Below, one piece after another: positions 51,700 through 63,544 of a DNA stretch of 64,000 bases. How positions within the stretch are numbered: position 1 is the first letter of the stretch; each line of letters opens with the position of its first letter. The DNA comes from Macrostomum lignano (lineage: Eukaryota), in assembly GCA_002269645.1 (NCBI GenBank), contig NIVC01002134.1:96513-160512 (forward strand). Direction: 5' to 3'. The position numbers and the translations under genes are program-made. Under the pieces are notes generated by a model, which was given only the letters and a program-made list of their open reading frames with translations, did no database searches and was not told where the DNA came from.

Positions 51700-52898
51700 A
51701 TGGAATTAAAACTTAGAGTAATTGCAGCACTTCTGCTCGTGATCGGCTGTTGTGCAACTCTGATGACGTGTAGCTGCCAGAATGACCCGCATTCTAGCTA
51801 CTCTTTCAAGGAAATCGTTGGCACGACCACTATAAAAGGCTTGAAGCTGCGGGTATTCGAGTTGGGAAGAGGCGTTCAAGTGGCCGAACCGAGAGTCAAG
51901 CTCGGTGGGTCTTGCAGCACCCTCAGGTATAACCGTCTTTACCTGAAGTATCAGTTGTCTGTACCGTTTCAAGTGAAAACTCCTGTTCTAAAGAGTACCA
52001 TGGGCCGCGGAAAAAAAATTGGTCGAGTCATCGTTTCTCAGGTTGACGTCAAGTTGAACGCGGCACTCGCGAGTAAGAGTTCGAAGCTGACTGTGATTAC
52101 AACCAGCAAGCGTGGCAGATGGAAACTTTTGTTCCTATGCGACACTTACGAGAGGTGCTCAGGACTGCGAGATGAACTCGTGAGCAATCCGTGGTCTCTT
52201 CAGCAGGCAGTGCAATTTAACCTGATCGGAGAGGTAGCTAGCTCTGCGGTGATGTTCGAAGCGCAAGCAAGTTTGACTCCATTGAATCTCAAGGACTGCT
52301 ACAGAGGCCGATGGTTTGTCATTCAGCGACAGGTTAATGGCGATTTGTCATTCAAGAAAAATTGGGACGACTACGTCAAGGGATTCGGACATCCAAAGTC
52401 CAGTTTTTGGATCGGTGTGTACTCTTAGAATAATCTAAGACTATAACAGCTGCTTTATCAAGGCTAGCTGATTCTGCACAGTTTTAAAATCGCTTACCAT
52501 GCTTCCATACTGCAGGACTGGAGAGTCTTTTCGCCATCACTGCGACCAAAGAAACCGATGTTACTTGGCGCAATCCCGAGACTACACTTTGTCGACTGAG
52601 AATTGAAGCCGAAGGTTTGGACAAGAAGAAGTACTGGGGTGAATATGGCCGATTCCAGGTCTTGAGCGCCGACCAGAACTACCGACTTCGAGTGGGCGAT
52701 AAGAAAGCGGGCTCAACTATTGACGGTTTCATCAGGGTGCACAATGAGCAGCAATTTAGCACCTACGACAGGGATCACGATACAAATCCAAAAATGTCTT
52801 GCTCTCGAGTGTTTGGCTTTGGCGGATTTTGGTTTGGCAGCGGCTTAAGAGTGAACCCCAACCCCCAAAAGAGAACTTTTTGGAGTGTTAGAATTTAG
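51700..52898 (+). CDS. Secreted fibrinogen-related protein; exons 51700-52414, 52516-52898
   Basis: Signal peptide; FReD motifs WFVIQRQ, F.KNWDDYVKGFG, FWIG|LESL, YRLRVG, FSTYDRDHD, GGFWF; phase-1 GT-AG intron. Confidence 0.85.
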
Positions 52899-52942
52899 AA
52901 AGCTACGTATACATGTAATAATATATACCAGCTACTTAAGAT

Positions 52943-53664
52943 CAGGGGCGTCGCCACCGGGGGGACAGGAGACATGTTCCCCTCCCCCATTACGAACTAA
53001 AAGCTATATTCTGGGACTTGCCAATGCTTTGTCCCCCCCTCCCTACCTTTTTTGACTTGCTATGGAAATCTAAATGTTTTGCTTATTATAACTAAAGATG
53101 GTGCCTGCGGCGCTAAAATGAGTGCCTGCGGCGCTAAAATGAGTGCCAGCGGCGCTAAAGTGAGTGCCTGCGGCGCTAAAATGAGTGCCTGCGGCGCTAA
53201 AGTGAGTGCCTGCGGCGCTAAAGTGAGTGCCTGCGGCGCTAAAGTGAGTGCCTGCGGCGCTAAAGTGAGTGCCTGCGGCGCTACAATGAGTGAATGTGGC
53301 ACTAAAATGAGTGAATGTGGCGCTAAAATGAGTGCATGTGGCGCTAAAATGAGTGAATGTGGCGCTAAAATGAGTGAATGTGGCGCTAAAATGAGTGAAT
53401 GTCGCGCTAAAATGAGTGAATGTGGCGCTAAAATGAGTGAATGTCGCGCTAAAATGAGTGCCAGCGGCGCTAAAATGAGTGCCTGCGGCGCTAAAATGAG
53501 TGCCTGCGGCGCTAAAATGAGTACCTGCGGCGCCAAAATAATTAAATGATCGCGGACAACACCGATTCTGAAAATAATTTACTAGCAGAAATTGTCATGT
53601 ACACATGTACATGCAACATTCTTGGCTTTGTTCCCCCTCCATAAAATCCATGGCGACGCCCTGG
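52943..53664 (+). mobile_element. Non-autonomous DNA transposon (MITE) containing an expanded 21-bp VNTR (53101-53535)
   Basis: Perfect 14-bp TIR CAGGGGCGTCGCCA/TGGCGACGCCCCTG; no TSD found. Confidence 0.8.
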
Positions 53665-54899
53665 GGCAGTGAATACAGTTGACCGAGTCTCTGAGTATTC
53701 TTTCTAGGAACTTAAACAGCTTCAAGCATAACTTGAGCCGCGATGCAGTGTACAGATTTTTATGGGATTTCTGACCTACTACTTGACATTTAACAAAAGT
53801 AGTACCAGTAGAGCATGAGCAAATTGAAATATTAGGAAGTATCAATCCATCAGTCAGTGACAAAAAGCTAAAAGTAGTAGCCAATAATTTTTGGTGCAAA
53901 GTATAGTTCGGTAGCGGATCGACTGTCAATCATTCTTTCACACCGTGACCAAGAGAAGTCATAAGCTGACAGCCGAATTTATTTATCATATAGAAATCAC
54001 ACGATCTAGGTAGCGCAATGCTCGGAGCACCCTTCCTGCAGCTAAGTTGAAGGGATCACATGATTTTTAAATTTATACCCCTGTACCGAAGAATCGAAGG
54101 TGATTACATTTGTAGCTAACCTTAGTACGGTGGACGTTACAGCTGCCAATCTTAGTTTTTATGTCTCTTTTTGGACAGATCTTCCTAGAATTTATGTTCT
54201 AAGAAATATCAACCCTCAAATGCGTGTTTGGAAAATGCAAAGAAAAATGGATAGTTTCAATATCGATTATTAATACTTGGCATTTCCTCGTGTCATTGAG
54301 TATAATGTCGAGAGTTGTCAAGAGCTTTCTACAGTTGTTTAGCTCGTTTAGAGTCGGTTACATCGAATGATTGACAGATCTGTTAAAACAAACCGTATTA
54401 TTTTATAACTGGCAGAAAGAAGTAGCTATTCGGTGTTAAAAGCAAACCATTTTTTCGGATAAAATGCTTAGCATCCACACTCAATATCAGGTCGGTTTTT
54501 TACAGTTTTAAGTTCCCCTCTTGTCTGCAAAGTGTTTCAATGTTTGTCAAAATACTCGTAGCTCGTAAGTGGACAGATTTGAAAGAACCATTATTGCTTC
54601 AACAGTAGGCTTATTGTTTCATTTCTCAACAATTGTTATGTAAACCAGCCGGAGTGGCTTGCCAAGCACTCTTTGTCGTCAATCAACTGAGCCAATGCGA
54701 AGAACCCTGCAGTTGTACTGTACCTCACACAACTTACAAGGAAAACACGTTAACTCTTCTTAGTCAGTAGTAACGACATTTTGCGAATTAATCATGAGAA
54801 AATTTTCATAATCTCTCACTTCTACTGTTCTTAATTTAAAAAACTACAATCTTTTTTATATATAATTTGCTATAACGGACGTGGACCTGTTTCTTCCAG

Positions 54900-57128
54900 A
54901 TACGAGCCGCGGACGTCTCGGCAACATCCAGGAGGCGCTGATCAGCCTGCCCGGTTGCTACCGCATCAAAAACGGCCGGGGCTCGAGGCGGCGGACATCC
55001 AAATACAGGGAAGAAAGGCGGCCGAGGTGCTTTTGCTGCTGGAAGCTTCATCCTAGCAGCTAGCATCCGGCTAAGCATTGTGATCGGACAGGCTGGCGGC
55101 GCGGCCAACAAGGGCAGGGCTGGCGGGGGGGGGGAGAGGCAGCTTTGTGTACCGGACGATCGACAACGGTAGCGACGTACTGCTGTTGGCCGCCGGTGGG
55201 GGCGGAGGAGCCGCCGACAGTAATCGCGGTGAGTTCTGCAGCTAGCCGCTGTGTATGGCTGCTCAACATTGGTATATTCCTGCACGGTCACGAGTGCAGG
55301 ATGTCCTTCACGTACGAGTGAACGTGAAGGAATTCCATTGTCGGATGATTCATCGTGCAGGAATGCACAAAACCGTGCAGGAATGCATTTCTGCGCCTAA
55401 TGCTTTTCAGTGAGATTTTACCATAGACATCCATTCCTGCACGCAAAAGAGTATTGAGGTGAGTAGAACTTTAGTTAGGACCATAGATCTTATATTCCCT
55501 AGATAGGCCACTTTGTATGGCGGTAATAGGGAAAGTGCGACCGCCGATTTTCGTCACTTATGCGAAAACGCCGACATGGGTTGCTTATAAATTTGAGTTC
55601 AGCAGCCGAGAAACATAGACGCTTTTTTGAGAATTTAATAGAACCAAGGAGTTCGAGACTTAGCAACCTGGAATGGAAGCGAGTTTTACCTCTTGAGGCC
55701 ACGCCAATTGTAAAGATAAGGGGCCGTATGCAGAAAGCTCTGTCTAGGGTAGTCCGGTCTCGAAAAGCTAGTCTGGACTTGGATTTGGTATGCAGAAACA
55801 CAAAAGTTAGACCGGTCTACTATAGACAGAACTAGGGTAGCTGGACCATAGACCATAGACTGAACTACTCAAGCCCGGACTAGCTAGTCTGGACTAAGCT
55901 TTCTGCATACGGCCCAAGGAGCCAGCACTGAATGTCTATGGCTCTGTCTGACTCTGTCTATTGCATTGAGTAGTTTTTCATTGAATAAAAAGCTACTCAA
56001 TTAAACTAATGATGCATGCACTGCAGAGACTAACTGACGAAATTGAGTCCAGTAGTTGATTTTTGAGCTGTCGCGAGTTGCAATTCTTTTAACATTAGCT
56101 TCTATAGCCACATAGTGGCCCATCTTGTGTATATATGATCCTTGGTTAGGACCACCCAGAATTTTGGTAGGGACACCTAGTGCTTTGTTCGGGAGATTCA
56201 ATGTTTCGATAGTGACACCCAATGTATTTTATAGTCGCTCTTTATTGTCGTAGAAGAGTGGGGAACAAAACAGCAGTCGTTACACTAGATTAAGCTATTC
56301 TAGGCGAAACAGAAACCTTAGAAACTACTCTCTTTTCAAAAAGGTTTCGAAGGGGGGAGAGAGAGAGAGAGAGAGAGCAAACCAAGCCCGTTTTCCACCA
56401 ATCAGTGCAGCCCAACCAAACCAGACATACAGATGGAGAGAAGGGAAACGATTAAGTCTAGCCCCCGTTACCAAAATGCATAATTTTGACATAATAAATA
56501 CGAGCGTAGATGAATTAAAAAAATGCCGACCGACTACGGTTTACGGGTGCTAGAAAGGTAGAGTGCCAGCTCGCAATTTACACAACTCTCTTCATACACA
56601 AATAAAAATGTAGCTTACTACGCTAGCCGGTACTCATCCTCAGGCAAGCCGGGCTCCGCGTCAACAAGTGGCAGCGATTCCTACGGCAGCACCAAAGGCG
56701 GCAAGGGTGGCACCAACGGAGCAGCTGGCTTCAGCAGCTCTGGCGGGTTGCTCAACTCGATGTTGGCAAGCGGCGGCTGCGGAGCCGGCTGGCTGGGTAA
56801 GACCAAGTCGAAGAAGGAGACGAAGAATGACGTTGAAGGAGGCGGCAGCCGAGCCCAAGGCTGGATCGGCGGAAGGCCTGGCGACGGTGGCACAGGCAGA
56901 GGCGGCTTCGGCGGTGGAGGCGGCGGCGGCAAGTCGAGCCTCACTTTTGGAGCCGGTGGCGCCGGCGGCGGCTACAGCGGCGGTGGCGGCGCGGTGAGCG
57001 CCGGTCTGGGAGGCGGCGGCGGCGGCTCATTCTGCGGCGGCACCATTCGAGGCGGCAATCTGGACAGCGACCAAGGACGAGTAAAGCTTCAACTACTGGC
57101 CCTTTTGTTGACGCTTGCAACTGAGTAA
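54900..57128 (+). CDS. ALK/LTK-type glycine-rich domain protein A; exons 54900-55229 (two 1-nt frame breaks) and 56644-57128; 5' exon(s) unresolved
   Basis: YRIK(T)AGARGG, LSIVIGQAG, GSFV...LLLAAGGGGG, GGCGAGW, GGFGGGGG, GGGYSGG, GGGGSF motifs; phase-1 intron. Confidence 0.75.
55721..55915. mobile_element. 195-bp MITE, PIF/Harbinger-like termini
   Basis: Perfect 19-bp TIR GGGCCGTATGCAGAAAGCT; AAG on both flanks (3-bp TSD, non-canonical for Harbinger). Confidence 0.7.
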
Positions 57129-57407
57129 ACAGATTATAGCATCGATTGGAAAAGAGATAACTCCGTGTCGAAGATCTCAGACGACATTCTTTTTCTGTTT
57201 TATAATTAGCTGGATTATACGTTGGGAAATGTTTACTCTCTTATCCAAACTTCAATAAATCAATGTACGAGAAGAAACTGGAGACCCTGTTTGTTGCTAC
57301 TGATTGATTCAAATTAACTAAGTGCTGTTATGAACTTTCGGGATCGAAGCATCTCCCAGACAATTTATTACTTCAACAGTACCGATTAAAATTTTAACGA
57401 GTTCGTT

Positions 57408-57633
57408 ATTGTGACGATGTCGTTATGCTATGTCGTTATAGCATATAGCATTGTGTCGTTATCTTATATCTTCTTATATACTAAAAATGAAAAAATTGTA
57501 TATTTGTGCGCAATCAATTATCTCCCGAACGGTTAAACCCCCTAACCCCATAAATATTACAAAAAATCAATTTAAGTTTAATAAAAAACGGATAGAAACT
57601 CAAAAATATTATAGCATAACGACACTGTCACAT
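57408..57633. mobile_element. Small foldback/MITE-like element
   Basis: About 24-bp inverted repeat with a perfect 14-bp core TGTCGTTATGCTAT/ATAGCATAACGACA. Confidence 0.5.
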
Positions 57634-58063
57634 TATCTTCGTTAGGACAGCCAGTTGTTGAATCGACAGACACACCTAATTTGTATAGACTGGTGTATTT
57701 TTAATGATTCAAAAGAGAAAAAGAAGAGGGTACTCTGTAGTACTTTATCAGTATAGATAGCAGGTGCAAGTTTGAATAAGTTTAACGAGCGTACCAAGAG
57801 TGCAGTCAAGAAATTACTAATCAGCAGCAAAAGTTTGTTAATATTATTGCAAGTCGAATAATATCAATATTCTGTAAAATAAAACCCAAAAAAAATCTGG
57901 TTGAAAATTTCATTCGTATCTTATTCATTTCATTTCAGGCTGACTCGATAAATATAAAAAAAATTAAAATATGATACCATAAACTTATCGTGGCGTTTTT
58001 TGTTATCCGACTTTCCTGTTATAGAAATGATTGCACTTTGACAGACTCTGTGCCTCATCAGTT

Positions 58064-60452
58064 TCAGCTCCCATCGCCCACCAGACGCAGCACTACAAAG
58101 CCGTGCTGGCTGTCCGAGTTGCCTCCGGTCACGGCTGAGCAGGTGTCACCAGCTGAGCAGAAGGAGCCGCCGCCTCCGCCGGCCTGGCCTCCGCCGAGTC
58201 CAGCGCCGCCTCCGCTGAAACCACCGCCGGCACCGGCTGCGGGCAGCTCTTTGTCATGGCGGCCACCGCCTCCACCGCCACCAAAGCCGCCGTCACCGTT
58301 AGTTCCACCAGCTGCTCTGCCGCCAGTCCAATTTTCGGAGTTGCTCCCACCAGGCTTGCCATCGTGGTAGTTTTGCCGAAGAGCGACAGCCCTGCCCAGC
58401 CAGCCGGCGCCACAGCCGCCGAAGCTCGTAGCATTGATGACGGCGCTGCTGTTCAAAGCGAGTCCCGGATTTCCTTCAGCGCCTCCGTAACCACGCAGAG
58501 CGGCGTCGTTGTCGGCGCCCGTGGAGTTGCCGCCGTCGGGTCCGGCCAGTCCTGGATTGCCTGGCGTAAAAGCAGTTTACAAGAGAGAATTGAGACACAC
58601 TCGACACTTACCGCCTTTACAGATTTACCTTCGACCAAATTACTATTACTGTCGTGTCATATCTTAAAGGAGAACCTCAGTACAAAGAGATGTTTTGAGC
58701 TGTAAACGTCCCTAACTGTGCACTGAAATTACCCCGCACTGACTTTGTTGAGTCTACGCCCAGACGGGCAGGAGAAAAAAGCTGTCAGGGCAGGACGCCC
58801 ATTATCCTTGGTAGTTCGACGAACGGAAAAACTGTTAATAATGTGTTTAAATGGACTCTCAATTTTTTATAAAACTCTATGGGATAATACTATACTTGCA
58901 TGTGTGCTGCTGTCTAAACTTCATATTTACAGATAAAATAATATTAACATTAACTAATATTATCGTGTTGATAGACGTAGACAATTTTGGTCAATAATAC
59001 TACTAGGAACATCGTAGGGATTTTTAGCCTAGTGGTTAGAGCGTCGGACATACGACTGAAGGGTCTGGAGTTCGAACTTCGACCCACTCCTGAGCAAGAC
59101 ACTTAACTCTGCATTGCTTCTCAGTTCACCCAGCTGTAAAATGGGTGCTGTAAACTGAGGTAATTGAGGGTGTGTGGCGACCACCCAGTCCTTGGCAATA
59201 GCTGCGGCTATTGCATCTGGCCCAATATGGCAGGTGTAATTAATTAATTTAACTGGAAACAAATTATTACAGGAAAATGCAGCAAATATACAATTCGACG
59301 ATGACTATAAGGTTCTCACCGTCATAGACAAGAGACGCGCCGCCGCCACCGCCAGCCGCAATCAGCAGCCTGGCAGAGCTCTCATTCACGAACACGAAGC
59401 TGCCGCCGCCTCCGCCAGGTGCTCCTATGCTACCTGTTGATCTACCAGCCTGTCCCACCGCGATGCTCAGCTGCAGTCCGACCGTCAAATTGAAGATTCC
59501 TGACACTTTTGCGCCGTGGCCTTCCAATTTCGAGCCGCCTCCACAATTCCCACCTCTGGCACCAGCGACTTCAAGGAAGTAAGAGCCTGTCACGTTGATG
59601 ATGACGCGCTGGATTGAGCCAGATCGGTTAGTGCCGACGTCTGCAGTGTTTTTGTCGATTTTTTACTCTGTGACTTGTGTGTTAAAGTTTTAGGTTTCAA
59701 GTTGAGTCAATCGAATCAAAACTGCTTGACAAGCGTGCTGAAACTTGAGCTAGTCAGTTATTTTATTAGTTTTCGGAAGGGTTTTCGAGCACTGCCACTG
59801 CGAGGAGTCAAGCAGATATGCCCGTTTTGCTAGCCTCTTGGCACACTGACTGAGCACGCAAGCACACCTCACACAGGTAATACAGCAGTCCTGACTTCTC
59901 ACCACCGAGAGTTACGAGTGAGCTGCTGAGCCTATTAAAAAGTGAGCTATTGATTATCCAAAACCAAAATGAAAATGCATTCTCTCTTGTCTAGCAGGAA
60001 AATGTAATGAATAATTTAAGGCTGGGTTGTTCTAAATGCACTGTGCAGGATTTATCATGGGTGCAGAACTTAAAGCGTAACATAAAAAATGGACTCACTT
60101 GAAAACTTAAGCATGAAAAATTTGACCAAGAAGATGCTTCTGTCTCGAGCATCTCGAAGCCACACTCTGACGGTCGAGTTGATCATCAACACCGAGTTGC
60201 TGCTCCGGTCATTTGCCGACTCGGCCGATTCGTTGTTGCTGATAACCAGCCGACAAAATCCACGCCGGCTCGAGTTCGGCGCAAAGACGACGGCAGCGCA
60301 ACCGAGGAGGCGGCAGCGCACCGCGCATTCGGCTTCCGTCAGCAGGCTTGACACGTTGATGACGGCAGCCGAGAGTTTGGCCTTCGATCGGAGATCAACG
60401 GGTCCGTCGTCAGCTTCAGTTAGACTCATGAGGTGGCAGTGAGAGAATGTCA
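58064..60452 (-). CDS. PAN/apple domain plus ALK/LTK-type glycine-rich protein B; exons 60452-60099, 59640-59320, 58560-58064; first exon unresolved
   Basis: ECAVRCRLLGCAAVVF..GFCRL (PAN-like); YFLEVAGARGG, LSIAVGQAG, LLIAAGGGGG, GGCGAGW, GGFGGGGG; phase-1 GT-AG junctions. Confidence 0.8.
59017..59240 (+). mobile_element. tRNA-derived CORE-like SINE
   Basis: A box TAGCCTAGTGG, B box GAGTTCGAAC, then CTGAGCAAGACACTTAAC...CTCAGTT...CTGTAAAATGGG resembling the MIR/CORE segment; AT-rich tail. Confidence 0.75.
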
Positions 60453-61011
60453 CTGAAACGCAATTATTGTCAGATTTAGCCAAATAAACTGTCAATTATT
60501 AACAATTTCCTCTTTCCTCTGTGTACTTTTTTGCCTGTAGTGTGGCCCCCAATAACATCTACACAATAGATAACTTAGGCCTCTCTATCCGTGTGGCGCA
60601 CAAAGAGGTCCAGTTTATTACTTTTTTAAATATACAGCCTGGCCCTCGCCTCGGCTCAATCTCTCACTCTCTGTCTCTCTCTTATCTCTCTCCTCCAACT
60701 TTTACGACCGCTTACTTGTAAGCTTTCACTGTCCGCCAATTGCTACGCTCGTAAATTTTGTTTCATTCAATTTCTTTCTTCGCTATTTGTTCTACTACGA
60801 GGCTTGCCGTAATTGAACAATTATTATATTTACAGACTATTATTGTTCCAAGTGGCCAGTCATGCTTACTGCGTCTCTGCCTGCTGTAATGTATGCGTTA
60901 CAGCATATCAAAACGCATTTTTTACTTTTTAAACAAAAGCATGAGGGAGTTTTCTTTAGATTAAAAACTTCCGTCAGAGTCAATTTAGCTGCGATTATAT
61001 CAGCTTCATTA

Positions 61012-61611
61012 TGTAGTGAGCCGCTAGTTTATGGTTAGGCGTCGCCGTTGTCAGCTGTTCCCTCGCCCTCGCCCTAGGTTGCTGTCTGCCGCTGGTCAGC
61101 TTCCATCCCCCCTTTTCCGCCTGTGTGTTGCTGCCCGTCCCCTTTTCCGCCCGGTTGCGTCTCTGTTCTCAGCCCTCAGCCTCTCGGCTGTGGGCTGTCT
61201 CTGTTTCGTTTCTGTTTCGTTTCTGTCCCGTTTTCTCTGTCTTGTGAGCTAGTCACAGGACAGTCCTTGCGTTATTCGAGTCTTAAAGTGCAGTAAACAT
61301 GTTTACCGCACTCGCTGGCCCTGTTTACCGGGAGAGTCACATGCTTTCGGACTCCTCCCTTCTCTAAGGAGAGGAGTGACTCATGTTGCTAAAAAAACAA
61401 CAGAGCCACAGCCATGTGCACTCTGCTGGGGACCTTCAAGTGACATCAGTTCTAAAAATAGAACGAGTCACGAGGTCTTCCGGGCGCTAGTACCCTGCCC
61501 GAGACCCTCAAGTGATGTCAGTTCTAAAAATGGAACGAGTCACGAGGTCTTGTGCGTGGGTGTTTCCCGGCTATAAATATAACCCCTCTCCCCCTTGTTT
61601 CCGTCAAGGAG
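61012..61611 (+). mobile_element. 3'-truncated copy of the LTR at 21486-22448
   Basis: Starts TGTAGTGAGCCGCTAG; homology ends just after the TATA region at CCGTCAAGGAG; internal duplication of about 70 bp. Confidence 0.85.
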
Positions 61612-61619
61612 AAGGGTCG

Positions 61620-61980
61620 CTTTCACAAGCCCAAAATTTCACAACGTCGCAAGACACAAACTTTCATAAGCTCTAAATTTCATAAACCCTAATTTTCACA
61701 TCGTCGAAAAGTTGTGCACAGTATTTCATAAGCTCTAAATTTCACAAGCTCTAAATTTCACAACGTCGAAAACAAAATTTGCATCAGACTGCATAAACTA
61801 TAAATTTCACAAGCCCTAAATTTCACAAGCCATACTTTTCATAAGACCTAATTTTCACAACGTCGAAAAGTTGTGCACAGAATTTCATAAGCTCTAAATT
61901 TCACAAGCTCTAAATTTCATAAGCTCTAAATTTCACAAGCTCTAAATTTCACAAGCTCTAAATTTCACAACGTCGAAAAA
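61620..61980. repeat. 16-bp-based minisatellite (AAATTTCACAAGCTCT)
   Basis: Recurrent motif with higher-order units. Confidence 0.85.
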
Positions 61981-61984
61981 CACT

Positions 61985-63268
61985 ATGGAGATACAATCAA
62001 GAAAAAGTCCTATCGTAAATTCAGTGAATCTACTGGAGATAAACAACCTCGAAGAATTCAGAAATTCCGAAGAACTTCTCAAACGTATTCCCCATTCAAA
62101 AGATTCTGAAATAGTTCTGCTGAAAAAGTTCATAACACAAGGCTGGCCAGAATACCCTCCCAAACACATGCTTCCATACAGCAAGGATCGATCCGAGTAC
62201 ACAATACAGAACGGAATTGTCTTCAGAGGCATTCGGATTGTACCACCATCTCAACTGAGGCGCGAAATCCTGCACCTGCTTCATGAAGGACATCCAGGAA
62301 TCGTGAGGATGATCCGAGTTGCGCGCCAATATTTCTGGTGGCCTTCAATCGACCTGAGCATCAACAGTTTTGTCCAGAGGTGCCCGATTTGCCAGCTAAA
62401 CGCCAGGAAAAAGCCCAATGCAAATCTGGCTAGCTGGTCTGATGCTGAAGAGTTTTTCGAGCGCGTTCACCTGGACATCGCTTTCTACAAGGACTACAAG
62501 TTCCTGGTGCTGGTTGACGCTTTTTCGCGCTGGATCGACATTCAGACACTTGGATCCATCACGTCTTCTTCGGTTATCAGTGTGTGTCGAAAGACTTTCA
62601 AATACGTTGGGTTGCCCAAGTTTCTGGTGACCGACAACGGGACCAACTTTCGATCTGAGGAGTTTCAATCATTTCTGAAATCAAACAAAATTCAACAAAT
62701 CCTCACGCCACCTGGGCACCACCAGTCCAACGGTCTCGTTGAGCGCATTATTCAAGTTTTTAAGATGGCTCTCAAGTGTTCATCTGGTGAAGTCGATGTG
62801 GAACACTCAGTTGCTTCTTTCTGCTTAAGACAAAACACCACACCTTCTTCAATCGGTGCGATTCCTGCCAGTCAAGTTTTTATAAAAATTCCACGTACCC
62901 GTCTATCAGCTACGTGCACAGAACTGCATCAGCCAGCGGAAGACTCTTCCAAACCAGTCTACATCCGCATCGAGACTAAATCTAGCAAGGCTGGGGAGAA
63001 GATCACTTCCAAGTTCGGTTCAAATACATCTACTGATAGCCGAAACAGAATGGTGCATCAATCTGACATCAATGCGAGGACGGCCACGGCGGATGAGGAA
63101 CCACCGGTTCAAACTACCCCGGAGTCTGATGAGTCTCCTGTTCCTTCCTCCGGTGCGTCAGTACCAATCGTACCCGATTTGCCAAATTCTCATGCAACAG
63201 CCAATCCACGGGTTTTTCGACGGAGTACTCGTCTACGCAAAACACCCGACAGACTGACTTACTACTGA
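61985..63268 (+). CDS. Integrase region of a 5'-truncated Gypsy-type element
   Basis: GWP linker; HHCC (LHEGHPG..CPIC); DDE core (VHLDIA, VTDNGTNF, SNGLVER); no RT or RNase H upstream. Confidence 0.9.
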   Translation: MEIQSRKSPIVNSVNLLEINNLEEFRNSEELLKRIPHSKDSEIVLLKKFITQGWPEYPPKHMLPYSKDRSEYTIQNGIVFRGIRIVPPSQLRREILHLLHEGHPGIVRMIRVARQYFWWPSIDLSINSFVQRCPICQLNARKKPNANLASWSDAEEFFERVHLDIAFYKDYKFLVLVDAFSRWIDIQTLGSITSSSVISVCRKTFKYVGLPKFLVTDNGTNFRSEEFQSFLKSNKIQQILTPPGHHQSNGLVERIIQVFKMALKCSSGEVDVEHSVASFCLRQNTTPSSIGAIPASQVFIKIPRTRLSATCTELHQPAEDSSKPVYIRIETKSSKAGEKITSKFGSNTSTDSRNRMVHQSDINARTATADEEPPVQTTPESDESPVPSSGASVPIVPDLPNSHATANPRVFRRSTRLRKTPDRLTYY

Positions 63269-63341
63269 CTGCTACAAGCGTATCTTATGAACAGATTGAC
63301 CCAGTAAAACTAACTTCATTGTTTGGAATCTTTGGTCGGGG

Positions 63342-63544
63342 TGTTGTGTATAAGTGCATGATATTCGAAAATGTTATTTTATGTCTATGGACATTAACAC
63401 TGTTCAGTTCAGCTCTGAGCAAAGAAGAGCCAAGGTCCGCGCGTTATTATGGATCAAGAAAAATACACGCGCCTGCATGCCGCATCTTTTTAGCAGCTCC
63501 TGCGTTATTAAGTCTCGGTCACTCGAAATGCTAAACTTATAACA
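63342..63544 (+). mobile_element. Candidate 3' LTR of the truncated Gypsy element
   Basis: TGTTGT...TATAACA imperfect inverted termini, preceded by a G-rich tract GGTCGGGG; no second copy in the window. Confidence 0.5.

Noticed and set aside
59017-59090. Functional tRNA gene (also the heads at about 24190 and 35190)
   Set aside because: A and B boxes are present but I could not form a cloverleaf, and they run into SINE bodies.
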